From: Macrostomum lignano
Lineage: Eukaryota
Length of the DNA: 64,000 bases
Reading direction: 5' to 3'
Assembly (NCBI GenBank): GCA_002269645.1
Contig: NIVC01000008.1
Coordinates: forward strand, 1 to 64,000
The notes beneath the pieces are model-generated. The model was not told the origin of the DNA. It saw only the letters and a program-made list of their open reading frames with translations, and searched no databases. Numbering within the stretch: position 1 is the stretch's first letter; each line of letters starts with the position of its first letter. Positions 14,511 to 26,761 of this stretch are shown one piece after another. Both the position numbers and the translations under genes were made by a program.

Positions 14511-15144
14511 TTTCTACCAACCTCCTTCACTTTACAACAAGCTTCATCAGCCTCTCTATATCTGAGAAACGGGCAGCAAGGGCAGCAAGATTAATATTTA
14601 TTCACCGCACTATCAGGGGCCACACACCGGCACAGGAAGAGTGCAGACAGAACACACAGAGCTATCAATTAAGCGACTGCAGGATTACAGCGGTAATTCT
14701 ACAACAATCCACCCACACAGACCGTGGCTCTGGCCACTGTCATGCTGGGTGCGTGCCAACACGGGCACAGATTTAATCTGCATTTGCAGGCCACAGTCAA
14801 TTCAAACCACCCGGGGCGCACGATTCCTTAACCTGACAGTAGAAACTCACCAATGAATTAACAATTTCTTTAAAGACAACTCCTAGAAGATTCTGGGACA
14901 CAATCTGTGAGGCTGCTCTCTCACACTTCTCTAGGATTCTTCCATTTACCTCTAGGGATTTCCGGCCATTGATTATGCTGATCGCTAATTACCAGCCGGC
15001 TGATTACCCGGGGGACCCGGAGGCCGGCCAGGCTGCGGTCGATGCAGGGCGCCGTTGGAGGAACAGAAAGCTGCCGTCTTGGTCTGACTTCGGTGGGCAA
15101 ATCTTTTTTATGAGACGTAAAAATTCACGTCGCTCAAGCATCTC

Positions 15145-15480
15145 TGAGATTTGTTTGAACTTGGAGATTTCCTGATTGAGATTAGGAGATCTCATGTTTA
15201 AGATTGGGAGATCTCCTGTTCGAGATTGGGAGATCTCATGCTTGAGATTAGAGATCTCATGTTTGAGCTTGAAAGATCTCGTGTTTGAGATTGGGAAATC
15301 TCATGTTTGAGATTGGGAGATCTCCTTTTGAGCTTGGAAGATCTTATGTTTGAGATTGTGAGATCTCATGTTAGAGATCGGGATATTTCCTGTTTGAGAT
15401 GGGGAGATCTCATGTTTGAGATTTGGAGATTTCCTGACTGCGATTGGGAGATTTCATTTTTGATTTCAACTTTTGAAATG
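15145..15480. repeat. Degenerate ~21-22-bp repeat (GAGATCTCATGTTTGAGATTGG)
   Basis: Direct, diverged copies. Confidence 0.8.
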
Positions 15481-15756
15481 GGCAGATCTCTGAGCAAGCA
15501 AAACCGGTGTGAGTGTGTGAGTGTGTGTGTGTTCTTACATTCTCCCACCGAAAAATGTGTTCCGACAGCCATTCAGGCTGCCTAAAAGGGCAGACAGCGC
15601 GGATTTAAAAGAAAGCGCCGGCCGCGACTGCGCCAAAACGCTAATTGGAACGGACGGGCACTCAAGGAACCTGAGAGATGAGAGGACAGAGGGCTGCAGG
15701 GCTGAGCTATATTGAGACTGCTAATGTAGTCTGGGGCTGAGCCGAGGAATACGAGT

Positions 15757-16330
15757 GAATGGATTGCTAATCTAGCCAACGAAAATGAAGGAATAGAATG
15801 GATTGCTAATCTAGCCAACGAAAATGAAGGAATAGAATGGATTGCTAATCTAGCCAACGAAAATGAAGGAATACAATGGATTGCTAATCTAGCCAACGAA
15901 AATGAAGGAATAGAATGGATTGCTAATCTAGCCAACGAAAATGAAGGAATAGAATGGATTGCTAATCTAGCCAACGAAAATGAAGGAATACAATGGATTG
16001 CTAATCTATAGCCAATACAAATGAATTAGAATAGAATGGATTGCTAATCTAGCCAAGGAAAATGAAGGAATACAATGGATTGCTAATCTAGCCAATACAA
16101 ATGAAGGAATAGAATGGATTGCTAATCTAGCCAATGCAAATGAATTGGAATAGAATGGATTGCTAATCTAGCCAATACAAATGAAGGAATAGAATGGATT
16201 GCTAATCTAGCCAATGCAAATGAATTGGAATAGAATGGATTGCTAATCTAGCCAACGAAAATGAAGGAATAGAATGGATTGCTAATCTAGCCAATACAAA
16301 TGAATTGAAATAAAATGGATTGCCAATCTC
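15757..16330. repeat. 39-bp minisatellite (GAATGGATTGCTAATCTAGCCAACGAAAATGAAGGAATA)n
   Basis: Direct, about 14 copies. Confidence 0.95.
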
Positions 16331-16669
16331 TATCCCCGATTTTGAAAGACATACCGCAATGGAAAGTAAGTTTAGTTGTTCTTTTACGCGTAGTCATCCA
16401 GTATTTAGGTTAGTGACAGCAGCAGATTTTATCTGTGACGAAGCTGATGATGATGACTAATCGGTGAAGTACATTGTAATCGGGAACCAAGTGTGTTGCA
16501 TGACATACCTTTAGCGTTAAGCCGGCTGCTTAGTAATCGTCAGCAGTCAAATTCCAATGCACATGTCAGCCACCCCATTATGCACGTGTGGCATAAATTA
16601 GTCACCCCTGTTTACATGAATGTACACTGCAGCGTCACAAAACACATTGGTCAGACCCGCGTTTGCGTG

Positions 16670-16676
16670 TATAAAA
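16670..16676 (+). promoter_or_regulatory. TATA box of the IL-17-like gene
   Basis: TATAAAA about 77 bp upstream of ATG 16747; AATAAA at about 17728 downstream of the stop. Confidence 0.5.
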
Positions 16677-16746
16677 TACGAGGCGCTATGCTACGAGAGT
16701 AACCCCCGTAAAAAGTGACCAGAATTACAGTTTCCAGATAGCAAGC

Positions 16747-17586
16747 ATGACTAAAGTTTCGAGAGCATTGACTTCTCCGCCTCTCATGCTGCTGCTGCTG
16801 CTGCTGCTGGCGGCTGCTCAGCAAGTGCGGCCTCAAATTCACGGCTACCCAGTGCCGCAGCCTGGCCATCATCCGCCACCGAAGCGTCTGCCAACCACAG
16901 CGCGCGAAGCCCGCCAGATTCTCAACGTGAGCAGCAGCATCAACTGTCACTCAGGCTCCCCGGCAGAGGAGCCGCAGTTCCTGTTCGACCACCTGTGCCC
17001 CACTAAATTCCTGGCAACCGACGGTCCGCCAGCAGCAGGGAATCGACGCGATGCCGCGGGGATTCCAATCCACCGGGTGCAGCGCTCCACCTGCGCCTGC
17101 TCAGGACAGCGGGGAGTCAAGACTAACAGCGGCGGCGCCTCCTGTGTCACAGTGAAGCTGCCGGTCACGGAGCTGCAGCCGCTGCCCATCGACGGTGACT
17201 CGTCGGGCAGGCCACGCTTCGTGGAGACCGTCCAGCTGCAGCAGGTCGGCTGCGCGGCCGTCCTGGAGTCGCTTGCCGCCGACGCCAACAGAGACATTGT
17301 GCTGACTGGCAAGGACCTCCGCGACGCTAGACGCTCCCTATCCGGTGCCGAGCTGTTCCGCCCGGCCGTCTGCTCGCCCTCTGTGTCGCCGAGGACCGCG
17401 GCGCCGTCCTACAGCGTTCGCGTGAATAAGCAGCTGCGCCCGATGATTCGGCCGGTGGCCCGCTGCTACTGCCCCGGCCAGGTGCCCGTGATGCTGCCGA
17501 TCACGGTGCTGCGGCTCATGCCGGGCGGTCAGCTGCGCGACGACGTTGAGACGGTGAGCGTCGGCTGCGCCGTGCCAGCGGAATGA
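16747..17586 (+). CDS. Secreted protein with two tandem IL-17/PTTH-like cystine-knot modules (279 aa, intronless)
   Basis: Signal peptide LMLLLLLLLAAA. Module 1: LCP...CACSG...CVTVKLPVTEL...QQVGC. Module 2: YSVR...RP...ARCYCPG.VPVMLPITVLRL...ETVSVGC. Confidence 0.75.
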   Translation: MTKVSRALTSPPLMLLLLLLLAAAQQVRPQIHGYPVPQPGHHPPPKRLPTTAREARQILNVSSSINCHSGSPAEEPQFLFDHLCPTKFLATDGPPAAGNRRDAAGIPIHRVQRSTCACSGQRGVKTNSGGASCVTVKLPVTELQPLPIDGDSSGRPRFVETVQLQQVGCAAVLESLAADANRDIVLTGKDLRDARRSLSGAELFRPAVCSPSVSPRTAAPSYSVRVNKQLRPMIRPVARCYCPGQVPVMLPITVLRLMPGGQLRDDVETVSVGCAVPAE

Positions 17587-19337
17587 CATCTGAGTGCCAA
17601 GCGGAACTATTCATCATTTAGCCACCGTGAATATTTATTACTGCATGCATGCACAGACATCGAGCACAAAACCAATACTCTCGTAGCTTGCGTGCATATT
17701 TTTCGAAGCGTTTTTATTACAATTCAAAATAAAATGACTTTACTCGCTTCATACTATTGACTTGGCATGTAGTTAGTAGTTTAGAATAGAGTAATGTCTT
17801 TTATTACAAGAAACAACACAAGAAACGCAGAGTACTTAGCCCAATGTTTTAGCCGGCAACATAATGACCGATTTATTTTTATTAGTCCACAGGTGTTTAG
17901 ACCATTAAAACAGAGCTTAGCTTACATTGACTGGGACAAACAGACAATGACAAGAATTTTATTCTAAACAAATAAAGTGCATCAAACTATTCGATTCTCA
18001 GCCTTAAAAAGTTTAATTACTGCATTTCCGAAACCAGAAGCTGGAGAGAAACACCACATCCGAGAGCAAACGTTTCTTAATAGCTAGTTTTATTTCAACA
18101 AAAACAGCGCTCAGTCCACACGCATTTCTAGTTTTGGGCCTCGTTGGCACGCACAATTTTTACAGTGCAGGTTTTTTTTATTCTACTAAAAGTAACAAGG
18201 ACAGAAAATTATAACGAATTTTTGCGAGTATATAACACAACAGGTCTCTAGCTTATACACTCTGCATTAGGCTGAACCACAAAGAATTCGATGGCGCCAC
18301 TAATTCAATAAATCTAGCTATAATGGAAAGCTATAAATATAACAATAGCACTCAGATAACAGGCCGGTGAAATAAAAAGTAGGCGAACATTGCGCACTAA
18401 TTCAAACTGCTGGTCTGCGGAATTGACACCGAAAAAAAATTAATTAAACACACCGGAACTGCGACAGGTTTATATATTGATTAGCTTGAAACTGATGTAT
18501 AGTAAATTAGTATAAATTTGCAATGAAGCAATGCGAAAGAGCCAATTGTTGGGAGGACCCACGGTAGAGCAGTACTGGAAGCGCAGAACTCACTGGGGGC
18601 CAGATAAAACACACAATCAGACACCCCAAGCTGCATGTCAGGTGATTAGAGCGGTGCGTGAGAATCCGACACCAGGAGAGCCCCCTCCCCACTGATTCCT
18701 CAAGACAAAAGCAAAGCGGAATTCGGAGAACTGCCGTTCCATTAGTTGTCAACTTTTCAAGCCAGTCCAGATTACTGTTTAGCTCAGTTGGGGCTTGGAT
18801 GGCCCGATTCGAAATATGAATTATAATGACGCAGAAACGGGACAGTTGGTATTCGGTTAACGCTTAATTCGGTGCACATAAGGAGAGCCGGAGGTGCTGA
18901 ACAGTTGGACCGAGGCCGCGCACACAGCCAGAATATCAATTATGGCTAGAATCCAAGAACAATAGCAAAATACAAGGTCAGAATGCTTCGTGTTTCGGTT
19001 TGCGCTGAATTATTTCAGAAATCGGGGGCTGGGAGGCGGGCTAATAACTGGTTTAAATTAACTCTTCTAATGCTACAATAGAACCAATTTAGCAACATGC
19101 GAATAATTCAAACTAGCAAGCCGTAGTATTATAAACGGGCTCTGTATTTCCAAATAACAGTTAAACCATGCAAAAGCAAGCGAAACAATCAAGGGGGGAG
19201 GCAACAGCGCACACAAACACAGACAAACAAGTAGAACAAGAACAAAGACGAACAAAATTGTCAATCAAATATGAAATAACTTTATAGTTTAAAAGTCATG
19301 CCGGGCTCCAGAGCCATAGGTGAATGTTGAACCCATT

Positions 19338-22300
19338 CTACAGCTCCTCCTTCTTCTTGTCGTCCTGGGACTCGGCACCCTGAAGTAACGATGGCTTGAT
19401 TAAGAAACTGGAAGTAGGACTCTAAATAAGACAAAGCAAAATAACAGACGAGTGGGCACACTTACCGCATCCTTGACCTGCTTGCCGCCGGACTCCAGGA
19501 ACTTCTTGAAGCCCTCCAGAGTGCGGTCGCCCTCGTAGTCGATGATCTCATCGGAGTTGGCTGGGAAGAACTTGATGGTGGGGAAGGACTGCACCTTGAC
19601 GTCCTCGACCTCGTTGGCCGTGGAGTCCATCTTGGCGATGACGATGTTCTCGTGGTTCTTGTACTCCTCGCCCAGCTTGTCCCAGATCGGGGCCAGCTGC
19701 TTGCAGTGGCCGCACCAGGGAGCGTAGAACTCAACCAGCACGTTCTTAGTCTTGTCGCGGGCAACCTCGTTGAAGTTCTTGCCAACCAGCACCTTGACGG
19801 GCTCCTTGTCCCAGTCGGCCGGCACTTCCTGGGACATGAGGTGCGGCTTCAGCTTGCCGTCCAATACGCTCTGCACAAACTGGGCCAAGTTGTCGGCGGT
19901 GATGTCGGTAAACTCCGGCTTGTACTTGACCATGTCCTCGTCCAGGGCGATGAATCGGACGGCCGGGCAATCCTCTTTCTTCAGGCCGAAGAACTCCAGA
20001 ATGCGCTCGTTATCCTCGACACCGATGTCGACGTAGATGAACAGAGCCTTGCCTGCGGAGGAAGCGGTTGGTTTTTATATGAGAAACAATGCAACATTGA
20101 CTGAGTAACCATCTCTAGTAAGATCAGTGAAGCCATTACAGTTTACAATAGAGCCACAGTGTGTTAGCCCAGTGTTGTTACTAAGGAACAACAACGACAA
20201 GACAATTGAAAAAATAGTTTGTGAAACAGGAATATGGGGTTCCTCTCAACATCTGACAAGGAAATACTCAATAGTTACAAAGCATATAAATGGAAGACAG
20301 GAGAGATAATAGCAACCTCAACCTTTAATTATATCACTTTACCTCTCTTCTTCCCCAAAGCCAACAAATTGGCAGCAGATCAATGCAATTTGATTGGCAT
20401 ACTGGGACATAGTTGACCAAATATTTGGTCTGGATAAAAAATCAGTGGAAACGTAGGTGGGTTAGAAAGGATTGATTTGAGAGACAACCAGTTCACTGAT
20501 CAGTTGTGGAGACCTCAAAAGCAAACTTGACTCACCCTTGAACTGCTCAGCGGGAGCCTTCAACTGGTCCATGATGTTGGAGAACTGGGCCTCGTCCGAT
20601 TTCTTCAGGAACACGAGCAGGTGCTTCTTAACATCGCCGCCAAAGATGTCGCCAGCGGTCTCCTGGGTGAACTCGTTGATCAGGGGCAGCTTGTTGTTCT
20701 TGACAAACTTGGCGACCTCATCAGCAGTGAAGGGTCCAGTATAGGGGATCCTGGCGCCGTCGGTCTTCTTGAACAGCATGACAGTGTCCTGGTCGACCTT
20801 GAATTCGGCCATGATATCGGCGCTGTCAGCCATACCGCAGGGGATGTCCTCCAGCTTGGAGAAGGCGGCATCCTCATAGCTCTTAGCACTGTCTGAGGTG
20901 GTGTCCTTGAAGAATCCAATCACAGTAATTTCCTTGTCATTGATGAACTTCTGGGCAGCATCCACAGAGTCCAGGCGCTGGGTAGGTGGGCCAAGCTTCT
21001 TCTCTAGCCAGGAAATGATGGTGTCAGCAGTGCGGCCGCCACTGTATTCAATGGGAGTCTGCTCCTTGAAAAACTTGATAGTTGGGTAGCCTTGCACACC
21101 ATACTTCTCAGCCAGTTTGCCCTCAACAGTGGCATCAACCTTGGCCAGCTTGATCTCAGAGTTCTTTTCCTTTAGCTGTTGAGCAGCCTTGGCATACTCT
21201 GGAGCCAGAGCCTTGCAATGACCACACCATGGGGCATCTAAAAAAGAAATCAATATATATAGCTAATTAATTTTTTTAAATAAATAGTAATATCATATTC
21301 AAGCTGCCTAGATGAGATAATTAAAATGTTTATAAGTATATGGAAAATTCTAACTTGGGAAGCCCTATTTTTTATACTAAAACTAAAAGCAATGCTTATA
21401 AAATTATTGGCAATCATTTACTTTAGGAAATTTAATTTCTTGAAAGTTTATGGTTTGTTTGAGTGAATGCAAAATGATGTTTAAAATGAATTATTGGCAT
21501 AATCTTTAATTAAAATTAGGTATGCACAGTTAGGGTACATCACTCCTAAGAAAATACTATGCATGCAATGCCATGCACACATGGCATGCACTTTATAGAA
21601 TCACGCATAAGAGTTATTATGAAGTAGAAAAAAATGAAAGTTAATTTATAAGCATAAATTTTAATTTTGCCAATTTTTTCAAGCTTGTAAGAAGCATTTA
21701 AAGAAATATTTGCCTGTATCAATTTTTGCTATAAATAATATTGCCAAAAAACATAAAAATCAACTAAATTATTTGCAAATAAAGGCACATTTTTAAGAAT
21801 AGGTGTGCACTAAATTTTTTTCAGCATGCATTTGTAACTATTTAATTTTTTTTGGGCATGCACCCAGCATGATTTGGACAATGGGATATAATAGACTCAT
21901 AACACAAGCAGTTACAAAACTTAATGAGCTTAATAAACCACAAAGTCAAAATCTATAGCTAGCCACCTATTTGCATATTACTATATTAATTCATTGTTAA
22001 ATTATTGTTTATCTATTAGACCATCCATTCACCAGTTTCATTAGTTGACAATTGACAATCTTAGTCAATCTATCCATTGAAACTCATCAATTTATCAATT
22101 TGATTGAATCTGCCTTTAATAAAAGATTCTTAGAAATTTAGGACTAAAGTCAATGAAGAATACAATTAAATATGCAAAAGTTAAAGATTGTTAATTTTTC
22201 CATTAAAGTATTATTATTAGAGTATGATTAATATATTATATTTTTTTATGCATTGCATTGCATATTATACAATATTCAATTAGGCCCTAGTCTAATAACT

Positions 22301-23092
22301 ATGAGACAATTTTTGGCAATCTTCTCGAATCGTTCGTTTAATTATTTCCGGAATTACTTTGCCCTCTATTTAAGGGTGGTGGGGGGTGGGGGCATGGATG
22401 AATGAATAGAATGGATTGCTATTCTGGCTCTGGCTATTTTCGTTTTTGACTCTTGCATCCGGTTCCCCCCGTGCCTTTTCATTGGTTGATGATTGCCATA
22501 GACAATTTTCGGCCTTCGCCCCTTTCTTTCGATGCACAAGCGCTTTCGCTCGTGTTTTGAAATAAAGGGGAAGACCTACGAGCGCTCGATATTCTCTGCA
22601 AGTAACTGACATTCTCAGTTCTTTGCGCTTGTGCATCGAAAGAAAGGGGCGAAGGCCGAAAATTGTCTATGGCAATCATCAACCAATGAAAAGGCACGGG
22701 GGGGGAACCGGATGCAAAAGAGTCAAAAACGAAAATAGCCAGAGCCAGAATAGCAATCCATTCTATTCATTCATCCATGGGTGGGGGTTGGAATTAAACG
22801 AACGATTCGAGAAGATAGCCCAATTTTTACTCATATCACTAAGCCTAGCGCCTAGCTAGCTATTGAAAAAAATTATATGTATTGACCATTGTATGAAGAA
22901 ACTTTATAAAAAGTAATGAAATGTATTCAGTCATGGGCAGAACTTACAAAACTCGACCAAGATATACTTGTTCGCTTGCAGTGCAGAATCAAAGTTCTTT
23001 TCAGTCAGAACAAGAACGCCTTCCTCTTCCGTGATAGCTTCGTCGGCAAATGCAACGCATGCCACAAGGGAGAAAAGAGCCAGCTTAAACAT
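19338..23092 (-). CDS. P4HB: Protein disulfide-isomerase, 491 aa; exons (minus) 23092-22948, 21237-20536, 20052-19466, 19379-19338
   Basis: Signal peptide [16 protein letters not shown]; two WCGHC active sites; C-terminal KEEL; GT-AG introns in phases 1/1/0; joined length 1476 nt. Confidence 0.96.
22283..22852. mobile_element. Fold-back/MITE-like element in PDI intron 1, flanked by TA
   Basis: Near-perfect ~151-bp inverted arms at 22393-22543 and 22625-22779; outer inverted segments at 22320-22343 and 22792-22815, with more degenerate ends. Confidence 0.85.
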
Positions 23093-23224
23093 AAACATAG
23101 TTTTAATGCGATGTACTAAGTACTAATAAACGTGCAATTAATAATAATAAGCTAGAGACTGAGTAGAGTTGAGAAGTAGAGTAAGTAAAATTGTAGGCTA
23201 ATACGCGTTTAAATAGTAAGACCC

Positions 23225-23232
23225 CCACGTCA
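23225..23232 (-). promoter_or_regulatory. UPRE (TGACGTGG) upstream of PDI
   Basis: CCACGTCA on + equals TGACGTGG on -, about 133 bp upstream of the PDI ATG; this is the XBP1/ATF6 consensus. Confidence 0.55.
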
Positions 23233-23875
23233 CACTACGTGTCTTGCCGTTATACTATACATAATTAAGAATTTTTTATTTTCATTACTTTCATGAAAAG
23301 AAAATAGTCTTTTCAGTTACTTAGTACAATAATTGCGTATATTCAAAGCTTAAATTTGTTTTACTGTACAAAACGATAATCGTTATGACTAAATTGCCGT
23401 CAAATTTGTGCCCTAAATCTTGATCTTGAACTTTTCAGACCTTAAAATAAAGTTAAGTTAGGAAGTACAGTTTAGTTATTTTATGAAATTTAATTTTTTG
23501 GGTACCCAAAATCATGCATATTTTCACTTTAATTCAACATACAGTTGTAGAATGGAAGTTGTTATCACAAAAAACAGAAAAGTTCTGTGGTTTGTTATAG
23601 CTGATTTTTTACTGAGTGATTGTAGTACTTGGAATCGCATTGTATAAACAGCTTGAAATCGTGTTTGAAGAAATAAAATAAGACATGCTTTTCATAGTGC
23701 AGTGCCTATTTGAAAACTAGAATTAGATTCAGTACATATTATTTCTGTTTATATCTGTTTTCGAATAAGTAAATAATAAACGCCGTTTAATTCACATTCT
23801 GTGGTTAGAATGTCCGAGGCTGCGTTTAATGGTCTCGAGGCGAGCGTAGCTTATTTAAATATAATCCAAATATTG

Positions 23876-24111
23876 TTATACAAATAACTCCCTCAAAAGG
23901 CATGTTTAATCTGATACATAATCCATAGAAATACAGACCTCCGTGACAATATTTGCGTTCTCCGGGATTTTATTTGGTAATAATAATATCCCGTAAAGTC
24001 TTTATGTCTATGGTTTATACGAGATTACACATCTCGGAGATTACACATACTCAGGCCCTCGTGATTTATACAAATAACTCCCTCAAAAGGCATGTTTAAT
24101 CTGATACATAA
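23876..24111. repeat. 46-bp perfect direct repeat pair (23876-23921 and 24066-24111)
   Basis: TTATACAAATAACTCCCTCAAAAGGCATGTTTAATCTGATACATAA occurs twice. Confidence 0.85.
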
Positions 24112-24290
24112 GCTTGATAAGACTCGCCGACCGGAGATAGGCAAATAGGACTAATAGCTTTAAAATCTCCGATTGCTCCAGTAGGTTTGTCTAGGGCCTA
24201 AACTATTTGCCGTATCGCAATATATCAAATATTACATTTTCTTATAAAAATTCATATCAAACATCTTGTCGGAGATTCTCCTCCATGCAT

Positions 24291-25082
24291 GGACAAATTC
24301 GGCGAAAGCAAAATTCGGCGACAATCAAGGCAAATTCGGCGACAAGTCTTTTTTATAAGAAAATTAAATTACATGTAATAAGGCTTTTTTAAAATGCTCA
24401 TGAAAGTTCTCCATATTCTCCTCTAAATTTGGCTTTGCATTTCTGTCCACTTTCTTAAAGCCATTTGGCACTGTAAAAGAAATTTTACCCAGACTCGGAC
24501 CTCGCGTAATCAAATGTGCTCGATCTTTGCTCAAGCGTATTAAAACGACTGTACTGTTTACTGCCATCATGAACCTCATAAATTGGAAAATGGGTGACAA
24601 CTCTGATTGAAAGGCCGAGACCTTTCACGACTCTGTGAAAAGGTTTCGGCCTTTATTCGGCGTTAATTATTAGGGTTTATAAGGAGTTTGACGCTGTGCT
24701 GAGAGTCGCACTTCCTTTCGTCCTACGAACCTTGGGTCCCCAGCAGCTAGCTAGTTGACGCCATCATATCGCTGTATGGTGACACGGTAAAATCGTTTTA
24801 CATTCAAGTTTTTTTTGCTAAATCGACCTTTTTGTTTATTGTTATCTAATCAGGAACTGGAACTGAAAAGCCGGTCATGGACATCGCGCGAACGAAATTT
24901 TCTTGGAAAGCACATTTAAAAAGCACAGGATAAAACTTTAAAAAAACTAACTCAAATAAAAGGGAAAAGCTAATATGCATCGACTAATACTGTTGTACTA
25001 CTAGTCATGTAAATATTCAATAAGATTATACACAATTGTTCTTTCTTTATTGTCGCCGAATTTGCTTTCGCCGAATTTGTCC
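24291..25082. mobile_element. Non-autonomous DNA transposon with ~34-bp perfect TIRs (GGACAAATTCGGCGAAAGCAAATTCGGCGACAAT) and a possible AT TSD
   Basis: Perfect inverted repeat 24289-24324 versus 25049-25084, counting the flanking AT. Confidence 0.8.
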
Positions 25083-25091
25083 ATATAATCT

Positions 25092-25351
25092 GGGCCTTTT
25101 CATATTACCAATTCCAGAACCAGAATCGGTTCGGAATTCCAAGAAAAACAGCAGTATAACTATTAAACTCTGTTAATATTTAACTGCCTTAACAACCTAA
25201 CTTAGCGCAATTTTTCACTTTCTTCTTGGCGATTGTCATTCAATAATAAAAACTTTATAGCACGTATCTCCCTCTAGTTATGGAGACAAAAAGTTATACT
25301 TCACAAATTGGTTCTGGTTCTGGAACCAGAGCAAGCAATATGAAAAGGCCC
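25092..25351. mobile_element. 260-bp MITE with 15-bp TIR GGGCCTTTTCATATT and 3-bp TSD TCT (PIF/Harbinger-like)
   Basis: Perfect TIRs; TCT at 25089-25091 and 25352-25354. Confidence 0.8.
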
Positions 25352-26761
25352 TCTCTGTCGCTGAATTTTCGCTGAATTTGAATTTATTGTATGCTCACCT
25401 GCACCCCCAACCACCAGGCCCGTCCCCCAGTATCATGATGTACGTTAATTGCTATTTGCTATCGATTGCTCAGCCCCCCTCGCTTAACTGATGCATACTC
25501 TCGATCTATATCTAATATGCTTTATGATGCATTTAACAAAGACGATTTCTCTCGGTCGCACATTCATTACAGTATGCACTAACTTAACAAGCTACTACTG
25601 TGTACTGTTTATATGTACATAGTAGACGGTGTGTTCACCGTACAAGTACCGTACACGGTAAACGGTACTACTGAATACTAATTCTGATGTCTGATATTCA
25701 TTTACATCCTGTACTGTCTTGAATTGATTTTCATGAAAAGTTATACAGTCAGTCAGTATGTGTTGTACCCATGTGCATGTACACTATGCTCCATCTGATG
25801 TAATTGTATGTGCATACATGTGATTAGCTTTTAAGGAATGCATGGAATTTTTAATTCGGATCCCATACAAAGCTCTTGAGAGCTCACAGCTCACAGATCG
25901 GAACTGGAAATCAATTGCTTTCTTCTTAAAAACCTTTCAAAAGGATTCACACCAAAGTTTTGTACTTTGACCCGCGTACGGTATGTGGGCCTTTAATAAA
26001 GGTAGTATATGTATATAAACAAAGGCCTGAATTTCTGAGCAAATAATAATTTCCTGTGAGACCTCCGGCTGTGCGGCTCAAATTTCCGTTCTACTGCAGC
26101 AACAATTGATTCTCGCTTTTGGAAGGACCCCCAATATACAGGCAAAACTTAATAGATACAGTTTGTGGAGGTCCTTGAGATTAAATCATGACAGGAAGTT
26201 GCTACCTTGCTATTTTTGTTCTGTTTAGTAAATCTCGCTAAAACAGGTGCAGACACAAAAGTTCAACATGCAGAGACCGAGTCCAGCTGTGTGCAGGTCT
26301 CCACCCTGACTTCTCTTCTGATAGACATATCAACGTGCAATCAGAGAATAACTTGGCGTGCAGGCATAAATATATAGTTGAAACAATGATCACATTAATT
26401 GAGTAACAGAGGTACATGTTATATGAAGTACAATTTACCTGTGATTTACTGTTAAATATATGCCTGCATGCATAGAGTGAATATAGCACCACGGATGAGT
26501 AGCTCGTATATTCAAAATCAATATTGAATTCTGCATGTACCAGTTTTAAGACTCAGTTTTAAAATTGGTTTATTTACACTGTTTGAGCTACACATGAACA
26601 ATTACGGTAATGTGAATCGGCCTTTTACATATTTACGCAATTACTCGATAACTGTGTATACATGTGCATGTGAAGTAAGGCATCAAGTTTACCAATTTCC
26701 AATCACCATGCAAACTTGCTTGCAACCGAATGCAAATTAACATATGCTTACTACTAGCCCG

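Noticed and set aside
24600-24660. CTGATTGA...GGCCGAAAC resembling a hammerhead ribozyme
   Set aside because: The CUGANGA and GAAA cores are not on the same strand in the right order
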